From: an uncultured Pirellulaceae bacterium
GTDB lineage: Bacteria; Planctomycetota; Planctomycetia; Pirellulales; Pirellulaceae
NCBI GenBank assembly: GCA_964418725.1
Contig: CAYQMZ010000004.1
Coordinates: 1-33,631 of the forward strand
Direction: 5' to 3'
Length of the DNA: 33,631 nt
Position numbers and translations under genes: made by a program. The stretch's first letter is position 1, and each line of letters starts with the position of its first letter. Below the pieces are notes generated by a model. That model was given only the letters and a program-made list of their open reading frames with translations, searched no databases and was not told the DNA's origin. Below are positions 1 through 11,800 of this stretch, in pieces.

Positions 1-2830
1 GTGTAGGAAACAGTTCCTCCTTCGTCGCCCGTTGTGTCACCGGCAAGCGACCACAGTGCACCTTGCTCGGGAGTTCCGCCATCGCCTTGCGTATCGTTGA
101 TCGTTGTGGCAACGCTCGCGTTTCCTATAGAGACTTTGGCACCAGTCGACGACGCTTCGTGCATCAAGTTCATCGTGAAACCTTCAGAGCCTTCGTTGAA
201 ATCGTCGTCTACGATCGGCAAATCAATAAACAGGTCGTCCATGGAGTCGCCATCGTTTGCAGCCGTGAAGGTAATGGTCCGAGATGACTCGTCGAAGGAA
301 ATTGCCCCGTCGCCTGTGTATTCATCGACTGCACTTTGAATCGCATCCAGCACGCTTCCGTAGTCGTCGTTATTCGTGCCAAGATCGGCTAACCCGAGTT
401 GAACCGTGGCTACCTCGTTCTCGCCAAACTCACCAGACAGTGAGACGGAGTAGCGTGCCGTCGAGCCTTCATCGCTATCGGCCGGACCACTGATTGCCCA
501 TTCACCTGGCCCGTCATCGCCATACAGAACAAACCCGCCCAAATTGATCAATTGAGTATCATTGATCTTGGTGGTGACGGAATTGTTCGTCTCGTGAATC
601 GTTGGCGTCAGCCCAACGGTACTTCCGACAGTCGCATCACTCAAAGAGATCCTGAAGAGCTCTTCGCCTTCGATCAACGTGTCATCGTTGATCGCGATCT
701 GCAAGTCGAGACCGGACATCGAATCTCCTTGCGATTGCGATGTGAAGGTCAGTTCGCCCGTCGTTGTATCGAAGTCTAGATCGGAACGAGAACTGACCGC
801 CGCGTCTACCAAGGCGTAGAAGCCTGCTTGGCTACTCAGGTGTCTCCCAAACAGAACGAAATCATTGTTATTGGTTGAAATGTCATCTAGATCGAGTTTG
901 ACCGAAACCTTCTCACCAATACCGTAGAGTCCCGTCAAGGTGATGCGGTAGTCAACGACCCCGTCTTCCGTGGCTGTTGGATCGCCAGTCAGCGACCATT
1001 CGACAACGCCTTCATCAGACCCACCGTCACCTTGAGTATCATTGATACTCGTCGCGATGTTTGCAGTGCTGGACAGTGAGACATCCGCACCAGAAGTCGA
1101 ACCTGCGTTCGTTAGTGCGACGCGGTAGCCTTCAGGCCCTTCAATGAACGGGTCATCGATTAGGCTTACATTGACCGTCAACGGTGACATCGAATCACCA
1201 TCGTTAGCTGCAGTCCAGACGAGTTGCGTTCCGTCGAACGTGAAGGATCCGTCGCCCGAGTAGCCCGCAATTGCTGTGTTCACCGCAGTGACGAAGTTAG
1301 CGTAGTCGCTGCTGTTGGTGTCGACATCCGTCAATCCAAGACCAACCACTGCTGTTTCGTTCCGGCCAAACACAATCGTCCCACCGGCACCATCGTCCAA
1401 CGTAACCGTGTAGGAGACTGTCCCGCCTTCGTCACCCGAAGTGTCACCTGTGATGGACCACTGAGCACCTTGTTCGTCTGGTCCAAATTGGCCCTGAGTG
1501 TCGTCAATCGTTGTAGCAACCGCGTTCGTGTCGATCGTTGGCGTCAATCCGGTTGAGCTTGTGGCACCTGACAGCCCCATCGAAAAGTTCTCGGGCCCTT
1601 CGAGCAAAATGTCGTCGGTAATTGCAAGCGAGAAACCCAATGGAGCCATCGAGGCACCGTTGGTTGGCGAAGTGAAAGTCAGCGTGTTGGTTGACGAGTC
1701 GTACGTCAGGTCAGGGCGACCCAACGCAGCCAATGTCAACGCGGCATCAAGCGAACCGTAGTCGTTGTTGTTCGTGAGCCCGTCGGACAAATCGATTACA
1801 ACCGAGACTTTTTCGCCGGCTTGGTAGCTGCCCGTCAATGTGACTTGGTAGTTCGCGTCCCCGCCTTCGTCGACAGATGCATCACCCGTAATCGACCACT
1901 CTACGTCCCCTTCGGCATCGCCGCTGGCGTCGGTGTCATTGATCGTCGTAGTGACGCTATTGTTCGTAGACAAAACAACGCCGGCATTCGTGAGGCTTGC
2001 TGCTGTCGACAATGCGACCGTGTAGCGTTCCGAGCCTTCGATCAAACTGTCGTCGTTTAAAGCCAAACGAATGTCCAGCGAAGACATCGAGTCGCCATCG
2101 GTACCTGCCGTAAACGAAATCGTTCCAGTCGATTGGTTGAAGCTAACGCTTCCGTCGCCGGAGTAGTCGTCCGCAGCATCCTGAACGGCAGCAATAAAGT
2201 CAGCGTAGTCGTTGCTGTTCGTTTCGAGGTCTGTCAGGCCGATATCAACGTTGACGACTTCACCCGCTCCGTAGCTACCCGATAACGAAACGGTGTACTG
2301 CGGCGTGCCGTTTTCATTGCTGTCGGTTGTTCCCGTGATCGACCACTCGCCCACTTGCTCAGCAGCTCCGCCATCACCTTGGGTGTCTTTGATGGACGTG
2401 GAAACGCTGGCGGCCGAAGCGTTGATTGAGACTGTTTCACCGGTAGAACTTGTAGCCCCACTTAGTGAAACGATATAGTCTTCGGTGCCTTCAAGAAACG
2501 CGTCGTTCGTTGCCGCAAGTGTGATACTAAGGTCGCCCATCGCGCCGGTTCCGTCGCTGGTGAAGGCCAACGTCGTTCCGTCCCATAATAACGACCCCGG
2601 ATTCGCTCCGCTGTTATAGGCGTTGACCGCATTGTTAACGGCTGTGTTGAAATCGCTGTAGTCGTTGGAGCTTGCGAGTCCATTCACCAGCGTCAGATTG
2701 ACCGAGGCAACTTCTCCTGCTTGCAATAGCGGATTGTCCAGCGTCACGGTGTAGCTGACGTTTCCTCCTTCATCGACGCTCGTTCCACCGTTGACTGACC
2801 ACGCTACCGAGGCGGCTGCTTTGGCTACCG
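1..2830 (-). repeat. At least 7 tandem Calx-beta-like repeats (~140-170 aa, period ~440-510 nt), array continues off the left edge
   Basis: Each unit opens with (E)WS[IL][TA]G...DEGG...Y.V.L.G, near 2800, 2345, 1905, 1470, 1010, 500 and 60. Each has a central ..NDY.... segment and closes with I.DD...EG.E.F...L....S....V......TI.DTQGDG. Positions 3-400 and 2340-2830 were checked codon by codon, for example IVDDDFNEGSEGFTMNL. Confidence 0.7.
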
Positions 2831-5800
2831 TGACCGTGCTGATCGCAGTGTTGCTGTCAGACACGCCATCGTTGACTTTGACTGAGAACGTTCTGTTTCC
2901 AGCGGTCGGTGAAGAGTCATCGTTGGCGTATGTCATTCCAGCCAACAGAGCCACTGCATCCACCGTTTCAATGTCACCCGAACTATTGGTCACGACAATG
3001 TCCGAGCCGTCGTACACAACCGTGTAAGTCGTGCCATTGATTGTTATCGACTGTGTCGAAGCCGTGCCGTCCAGCTCGACATCAATCTCGGCTCCTCCAT
3101 CACCCTCTATCGTCAAGAACTCATCGCTATCGACAATCCCGCCAGGGGTGATCGTCAGCGAAGCCAAACTCGTATCGTCAAGGTCGAATATACCCGCGTC
3201 GGGTCCAACGATCGCAACGTCCGGACCGCCTTCGGTATAGTTCGTCGCGTAGTTGCGATTCACATCCGTCGAGCTTGCAGGACTGTTCAGGTCGATGATT
3301 GCTGGATCATCAACCTCTGTCACGGAAATAGTACTGACCGCCGCATCGGACGTGCGCCCCGTTCTATCCGCAACGGTGAACGTCAGTGTTCGCTCTGAGC
3401 CTGGGCCGGAAGTCGGGACTTGCGAATTGTTCGTGTAAGTCATTCCCTTAATGAAGTTGTCGAGAGCAACTTCCGGCAACGGCGTTACTCCATCCGTTGG
3501 CTCAACGGTTAACAGGCCGGTCGCCGCAACAAAATGGATTTCGACAGGAACACCGCCCAGATTCGTCGATGTGTTGACAAAGTCCGCATCCAGCGAAATT
3601 GCCAAGCCGTTGACCGCAAGGATCTCATTCGGTCCATCCGTGACATTGGCGACGACAACTTGCAACGCAACAACATCGTTTTCGTTAAAGTCGTTGACGT
3701 CAGCTAAGCCAACATTAACAACATCGACTGGCGATCCGCCCTCGACAAACGAAGCCGAGTGATCCAACCCGCTCGCGGACTCATTCCCCAAGTCTATGGC
3801 TGGTGGATTCGGCAGATCTCGAAAATCGAGATCATTGACAAGAGGTGTCGCACCAGCACCATTTGCTGCTGCATCGTCATCGGTGTCAGTCAAACTGAAG
3901 TTGCCCGATGCATTTAAGTTCTCATCGTTGACATCGAATCCATCATCTGCATTTGAGCCCTCGTAAGCGTCCAGCAAACCATCGCGATCGGTGTCATTAG
4001 TGTTTGCTGCAGCAGTGAGTCCCGATTCGGCTTGGTCACTCAGTCCGTCGTTGTCGCTATCGGAGTCGAGATAATCGGCAACTCCGTCAGCAGAAGCGAG
4101 ACCGCTGTCGGTATCGACCAGCGTCAGGCCTTTTCCTGAGTGGGTGTAGTTTCCGACCGCATTCTGTCCAACTCCAGTTTGAGAATCGTCGTAGCGGTCG
4201 TCTAAACCGTCGCGGTTCAAGTCAACCATCGCCGCACCAATGCCACTTGGTGCGATGTAATTTGCCGTAGACTGAGCTTCAACGTTATCGGTGATGCCGT
4301 CATTGTCGCTGTCGATATCCAGGTGGTCGAAGATTCCATCGTTATCTGTATCTCGTCCCAAGACATCGGCCGGCGTATCCAAAGTAAAGGCATACCCGCC
4401 TTGGCCGCCTAGGTTTTGAAAGACTATTTCAACTTCGTCGCCGGCTGATACGGCAATATTCACGGGTGTGAACGGCGGATCACCTGGGCGTGGGTCGGGA
4501 GAGCCTGCACCTGGGAAATGATTGAAAACGGTCGTGCCGTTGATGACAACGCGAAGTGCATCGTCAACGGGACGTCCGGCAAAACTGATTACTCCGTTAG
4601 CTGTTACGGTACGACGATGAACTACTTCATAGTGCGTTGGGGTTCCACTAATCGGTGTTGATGACGCGACGAACCCTGGCACCTCGGCGACAAAGCTCTC
4701 GCTACCTAGAACAGTATCATCTGCTCCGCCAATGTTCATGAATGTAGAAGATTGACCAACACCGAAGTAAGCCTCGCCTACGTGAGTGATAGAGGCTGTG
4801 GCACTCGGGCCCCCATCAGGAATTGCAGTTCGCCCTTCATAGTACTGAACAGACCAATACCCGACGGGGAAGCCCGTATCTTCGGTGCCGTCGGGGACGG
4901 GGTTACTGCTAACGTCTATGAGCCCTTCGTCAGTATCCAAAATGCCATCGTTGTCATCATCGACGTCGAGGAGATCAATGATGCCATCACTGTCACTATC
5001 CGCAGCCTCCCGATAGGCGACTTCAGATGCGTCGCCGAATTCATTCGCTAGTTGAGTTGACGGATTATTGACGCTGCCATCAGGATCGGAGTAGCTAGGT
5101 GGATTCGAAACGATGCCTCGTTCTACGGAATCAAGCTTGCTATCTCCATCGCTATCCAAATCCAGATAATCCGGCGCCGAGTCGCTGGCCCCAATCGTCA
5201 TCGCATCCGAATTGACGGGTGTCACAAAAGTGCCACCAAACAGTGCCGCACCTCCGTCCGCGTCATTCGAATCAAACGAGTCGATGACGCCATCGCCATC
5301 AGCGTCATCGTCTGTCACGTCACCGTCATTGCCGTAAAGGCCTTCGTAACTGGCGGTTGGATGGGCTTCGATCACGTCTGCGATTCCGTCGCCGTCGCTA
5401 TCGAGATCCAAATAGTCGGCAACAGAATCGGCGTCGGAGTCTACTGCGTCGGTGCCAAGCGTCCCGCTTGTGTCGAGCGTGTTGTAGTTCGGATCAAACA
5501 CATCCATCAGACCGTCGTCGTCAGCATCACCGGATGTGCCACTGAAGCCCGATACATTTGCCTGCAACCATGCTAGAGACTCGGCATTATTGACCGTCCC
5601 ATCGCGGTTTGTGTCGGCGTCGCGAGCGATTGCCTGCGATTCGAAAAGATCACTGATACCATCATTGTCTGCGTCCAGGTCAACTTCATTTTCGAAGCCG
5701 TCCTGATCCGTATTGCGAGCCTTCTGCACCACACTCGCATCGGCGTACAGGAAGATCTTTCCGTCCGGTCCGTCATTCGTCGGGCCAAAAGAAACTTTGA

Positions 5801-8800
5801 TAGATGAGATTTGCGATCCCAACGTGGCTAGGTTGTCGATGGCGAAAACCGCGATCTCGACATCCTGATGATTGTTGTCCGACTGGTAGCCGGTGCTCAC
5901 GTAGTCCGTTGCCGAATCAACAACCAACGTGCCAAGCGAACTTCCATCGGCATCAAAGGCCTCCAGAACGTAGTCGTTGTTTCCGCCTCGTTCAGAAACC
6001 GCAATGAACCCTCCGGCTGTCGAATAGACGGGACTGGAATACGTCAACGTATAAGACTCATTTGTGAAGTCTCGGCCGTGCAACTGCTGAAAGTGATTCA
6101 AGTTGCGGCTTTGGAACGCATCGAGAACATCGGTTTCATAGTTATCTGGGTCTGTGTTGAAATCACTTACGACCGACAGGCCGTCCTGTTCGATGATCCG
6201 TCCGCCACCGACAGAGAAACCAGAAACGAATCCATCTGGAATGATCAGATCTTCATATCGACCATCGAGGGCAGGATTCGAACTTCCAACAATCTCGATA
6301 GCGTTAAGAATGTGGTCTCCGCCGCGTTCATCTGGGTCAGCAGATTCGATATCAAATGACAGTTGGTCCTCCGAGAAAGCTCCCGAAACGCCGCTTGCCA
6401 CCGCGTCAGGCAGTTGACCGGGCTCGCGACGGTCGATGATTCCGTCGTTGTCGTCATCAATATCAACGGCGTCGAGTACGCCATCGCCATCGGTATCGAG
6501 TGAGGGACCAACGGGATCATGAATGATGCCATTTGCGACGCCATCAGCGTCACCCACACCTCCATCTGTGATTTGATAAGTCACGGTCGTTACGATCTGC
6601 TCGCCGTTGGAGGCCGTACCGTACGTTACTTCGTTCGCAAAACTATAGAACTGCGTTCCATCGAACTTACGGAAGTCCCACTGAGCCGTGTTGTAATCTT
6701 GATCGTAAAAGACAGTAACGGTCGTTGAGCCACCTGGGGCATCACAACGAACTCGGAAATCGGTCAACCCCAAGAAGTAGTCGGCACCGGGATCCTGCAC
6801 CGGCAGATCGTCTTCATGGAAATGGCCTGCTTCAGCAATCAGCTCGCAATTGTCCGCACTCTGAATTTGAATCGTAACGTACTCGCCGGTCACTGGGTTA
6901 GGAATCGAACTCACGTCAGACTGTGTCGAATCCTTAATTCCGTCGTTGTTCCCGTCACCTCCGTTCGGGCCCTCGTCTTCGACGGCGTCACTGACTCCAT
7001 CAAGGTCGGTATCGTGGACGAGCACGTCGACTGTCGCCACGGCTGGTACGGACACATTGCTTCCCGCGTCGGTAAGAGTGAACGCTACGGTTCGCTCACC
7101 TGGGGTCGGCAACAGCAAAGAGTTGCTGTATTGAACACCTCGAATCAATGTCTCCAAGTCGTCTTGGTCCATGGGCTCTGGTTCGCCGCCCACTTGAGAA
7201 TTGTTGACGATTGCGAATAGCCCAGTTGCCCCGTCGTAGGTGACATCGAACAGGGTGTTGCCGACGGTCAGTTGCCTTGGATCAATGACATCCACGGCAA
7301 GATTGAATTCGATCCCGTCGATCCGCAGGAATTCGTAACCATTATCGAGCAGCAACGCTGGGTTCACGCCAATCGTCAGTTGAGCTAGGTCGTTTTCGCC
7401 AAAGGCGGCTATGTCTGTGAGCGAAACATTGGCGACGTGCACAGGAGGGCCGTTATCAGCGAAAGTTGCACTATACCCACGCTCGTTGTCGCTGGATGAA
7501 GCTGCCGAGTTAAGGTCAATAACCGGGGCATCATCGACGGCGACGACTGAAATGGTGGCTACCGCTGAGGGACCGACTCCACCAATCTCGTTCGTTCCAG
7601 TGAACGTAAATGTTCGATCCGGAGTTTCCGTGGCGAACGGTGACTTGTTTTCATAAGCCAATGCTCGAATCAACAGGTCGAGGTCGGCGTCAGGAATCTG
7701 TGTGCTAACACTCGAGTTGTTGGTAAACGTAAACGATACTCCGTCATACTCAATCTTGATCAGCGATCCACCGAAGGCTGCAACACGCGGAGACGCCAAC
7801 GCTTGCGACAAGTCGATCGCGTGGTCGCTGAATCCATCCAGAACGTGCAGGAATTCGTGTCCAGAATCCGCGACGTTTGCGACATCCAAAGTCAATTGGA
7901 AAGTCCCGTCGGTGATATCCAACAAGTCGCCATCGACATCAGCAAGTCGAACGGGAGAATCGCCATCGGTGTAGGTTGCAGAAAAGTCGCGATCAGCATC
8001 CGCGAAACTCGCCGTACTGTTCAGGTCAATAACCGGAACGGGTTGGTCTTCGTCTCGATAGTCCAGATCGGTCGACGGCGGATTCGCATTGCTACCATCA
8101 GCATCCGTGTCTGCGTCAAGGTCGGGTAGTGCAAAGTCTCCAGCCGAATTCAGGTTCTCGTCGTTGACGTCAAATCCGTCTTCAACATCGCTGCCTTCGT
8201 AGTCATCCAGCAACCCGTCCTGATCGGTGTCGGTTGTCGAAGTCGCAGTAGCTATTCCAGATTCTTCCTGATCGGAATTCCCATCGGCGTCACTGTCGTC
8301 ATCCAGATAGTCGGCGATCGAATCCCCCCCCGTCAATGCACCATCGGTGTTAACCGGAGTGAGGCCAGTTCCTATGTGCGTATATGATCCGTCTGCATTG
8401 CTGCCAACGCCAGCTTGCGTATCGTCGTAACGATCATCCAAACCATCACGATTCACGTCAACGAACTCTGCAGTGCCGCCAATTCCGCTTGGAGCAATGT
8501 AGTTGGCGGTTGACTGAGCTTCGACATTGTCGGTGATCCCATCGTTGTCGCTGTCGATGTCCAAATGATTGAAAAACCCGTCACCATCACTGTCGGGAAG
8601 GACGTTGGCTCGCAATTGGCCGCCTGCAACTGCCCCAACATTTCCATCCAAGTATTCGTAACTGATTTTCACAATGCCACCGCCCGAGACGACATTTTCC
8701 AACGCGGTATCTGCAAGGACGACGATGCCGCCAGACTGATGCTGTTCAGACCGAATCGCGTTGAAGCCGCCGTCGGTGGTCACAACGAATTCGGCAATCG

Positions 8801-11800
8801 TGGACCCGGAAGGAGTCCAGGAAGGATCAAGCTGAATCCCCAAGTTGGACATTACCGTGCCGTCAGCGAGTTCCACGGTAAAATTACGAATCACGCTGTC
8901 GTGATATGTTGGATTTCCGGAGTTACTGACGAGTCCATTGATCTCAATCTCAATGTCGAACAACGGAATGCTTGAAGTGAACTCCAAGACGCCAGATCTG
9001 TTTTCAGTGAACGAGTATCTTCCGTTAGTCCACATAGAGTGTGTGTTTCCACCGGAAAATGTCGCCGTGATTTCGGCCCGTACCGAGTCATTGCCCAAGT
9101 ACCCATTGAAGGTGGATACAGACGCCTGATTCGTGTCGGTATTCAAATTGGATCGCGGTGTTTCAACTGCGTCCAGAATGCCGTCATTGTCATCGTCAAT
9201 GTCAAATTCGTTGGCGACATTGTCGCCGTCAGAATCGAGAGCTTCGCGGAAGTCGCTATCGATACCTAGGACGATGGCATTGGTACCGGCGGCGTTTAGA
9301 TCATCGTCGCTGTCGGGCAATGCGATTGAAGTTGCATCGCGATTTTCATCGTTGACAACGAATCCGTCATTGGTGTTGCCCCCTTCGAGTTCGTCAGCGA
9401 GGCCGTCTCCATCGACGTCGTTCATGAAGTCATCGGACGTGTCGCCAGCAGTGCCGTTGTCATTCAAGTCAACGCGACCATCGTTGTTGGCATCGGCTGA
9501 ACCGTAACCTGCTTCGACGATATCAAATAAACCGTCGTTGTCGCTGTCGAGGTCAAGGTAGTCGGCAACGCCATCAGCCGCATTCGTTGACGCATCGGAA
9601 TCAACAGGCGAAAGTCCTTTGCCCATATGCGTGTACGAACCATCTGCGTTTTGTCCAACTCCAGCCATGGAGTCGTCATAGCGATCATCCAAACCATCTC
9701 GGTTCGCGTCAGTAAACGCGGCTGTGCCTCCCAAACCGCTCGGCGCGATGTAGTTTGCGGTCGACTGGGCTTCAACGTTATCAGTGATGCCATCGTTGTC
9801 GCTGTCTAAGTCTTTCGCGTTGTGGACGCCATCGCCGTCGGAGTCGAGATTTGCAATTACGCTCTGTTGGTCAGAGAAAGAACCAGTCACTGTGATTTCG
9901 CCAGGATCATTCGTGCCGGCAAAGAAGTTTTCGGTAATCGTTAGCCCGCCATAATTCGGTGCGACGGCGATCCCGTGGACATATGAAATCCCGTTTGCGT
10001 TCGCACCTGTGAAATCAAAAGCCGTTGCAGCGAGATTTCCGCCGCCAACGCCCAATTGGACGGTGGCAATCAGCAAGTCGGAAGCAATGGGAGTGAACTG
10101 CTTTCGCGTACCAGTGCTGTTGTTCAGTTGATAGAACCAATTGGTGCCGTCAAAATCGGCGGAGACAAACTTTCGGCTGCCAGTTTCTCCAAATCTCGCA
10201 TCAATTCCGTCCGCAACGTATAGAAGGAAATGCTCACCGGTGTCGCCATCCTGGTAATCAACACCTTGGACAAAAGTCGTCGATGTGTCTGGGGCAATCC
10301 AGACAATAGTAGATTCATCAACATCCAGAATGCCGTCGTTGTCGTCGTCGATGTCGACTAAGTCGTGAACATTGTCGCCATCAGTATCGAGGGCTTCTCG
10401 AAAGTCGCTGTCGATATCCAAGGCGATCGCATTGGTCCCGGCGGCGTTTAGGTCACCATCACTGTCGGGTAGCGAGATTGAAGTTGCATCTCGGTTTTCG
10501 TCGTTGACATCAAAGCCATCATTCAAGCTTGTGCCTTCGAGTTCATCGGCCAAACCGTCGGCATCGGCGTCGTTCATGAAGTCATCTGAGATACCCGCCG
10601 TGCCGTTGTCGTTGAATTCAACGCGGCCATCGTTGTTGGCATCTTCCGGAGCATAGCCCGCCTCGACAATGTCAAACGTGCCGTCGTCGTCGCTGTCGAG
10701 ATCAAGGTGATCAGACGTGCCGTCGCCGTCCGTATCGACTGGCGTTAGCCCCGTTCCAGCATGCGTGTATGATCCATCTGCGTTCTGACCGACAGCCGCC
10801 TGCGTATCATCATAGTGATCGTCCAAACCATTGCGGTTATTGTCCTCGATAGTTGCTGCGACTCCGCTTGGCGCAATGTAATGTGCCGTCGATTGAGCTT
10901 CCACATTGTCTGTAATGCCATCGTTGTCGCTGTCGATATCAAGTCGATCGACAAATCCATCACGATCTGTGTCGCGATCTCCTCTTACCTCAAGCCTGAC
11001 CAGGCCGCTATTGGGAAAGCTCGATGCAATTATCTCCCACGATACGGATTTGATCTTTTTGTCAGGATCTAGCCCCAGCAGTTGAACTCGTCCATAAGCT
11101 TGGTTGTTACTGTTGGATGGCTCCGGGTTGTCGATAGCGATGGTCGAACCGACGACGGTTCGTTCAAGCAACAAGAATCCGTTCTGCCCGCCAGCCACAG
11201 CAGGATCGTCAATGATTTGCAGGTCCACATTGGTGACAATGGTCCCGTCGTCGTAAGCAACCGTGAAGTTGCCAAGCACAGTCTGCCTGTTGATGCTGCG
11301 GAACTGTAGATCAACTTGCTCGACGGCTTCGTCGAATGTAAACGTTCGAGTGGTCCCAACAGTTGCGTTCTCGCTGAAGCTCCATTCCGAGGATGAACTA
11401 CCTATGCCGCTGCCACTGAATACCACTCGATTGATTGTGTCATCTAAAACGAATTCACCTTCGTTTCCGGAAGTCGGACTAACCGCAACAACATCCATTT
11501 CATCGGTATCTCGAATGCCATCGTTGTCATCATCAACATCGACTTCGTCGCGGACGTTGTCGCCATCTGTGTCCAGTGCTTCGCGGAAGTCGCTGTCGAC
11601 GTCTAGTGGCAATGCGTTAGTGCCTTCAGAGTTCAAGTCTCCGTCTGAATCTGCCAATGCGATCGAAGTTGTATTGCGGTTTTCGTCATTGACGTCAAAG
11701 CCATCGTTCGCATTGGTGCCTTCGTAGTCATCCAGCAAACCGTCCTGATCGCTGTCATCGTTGGATGTCGCTGCCGCCATTCCTGATTCGGCTTGGTCGC

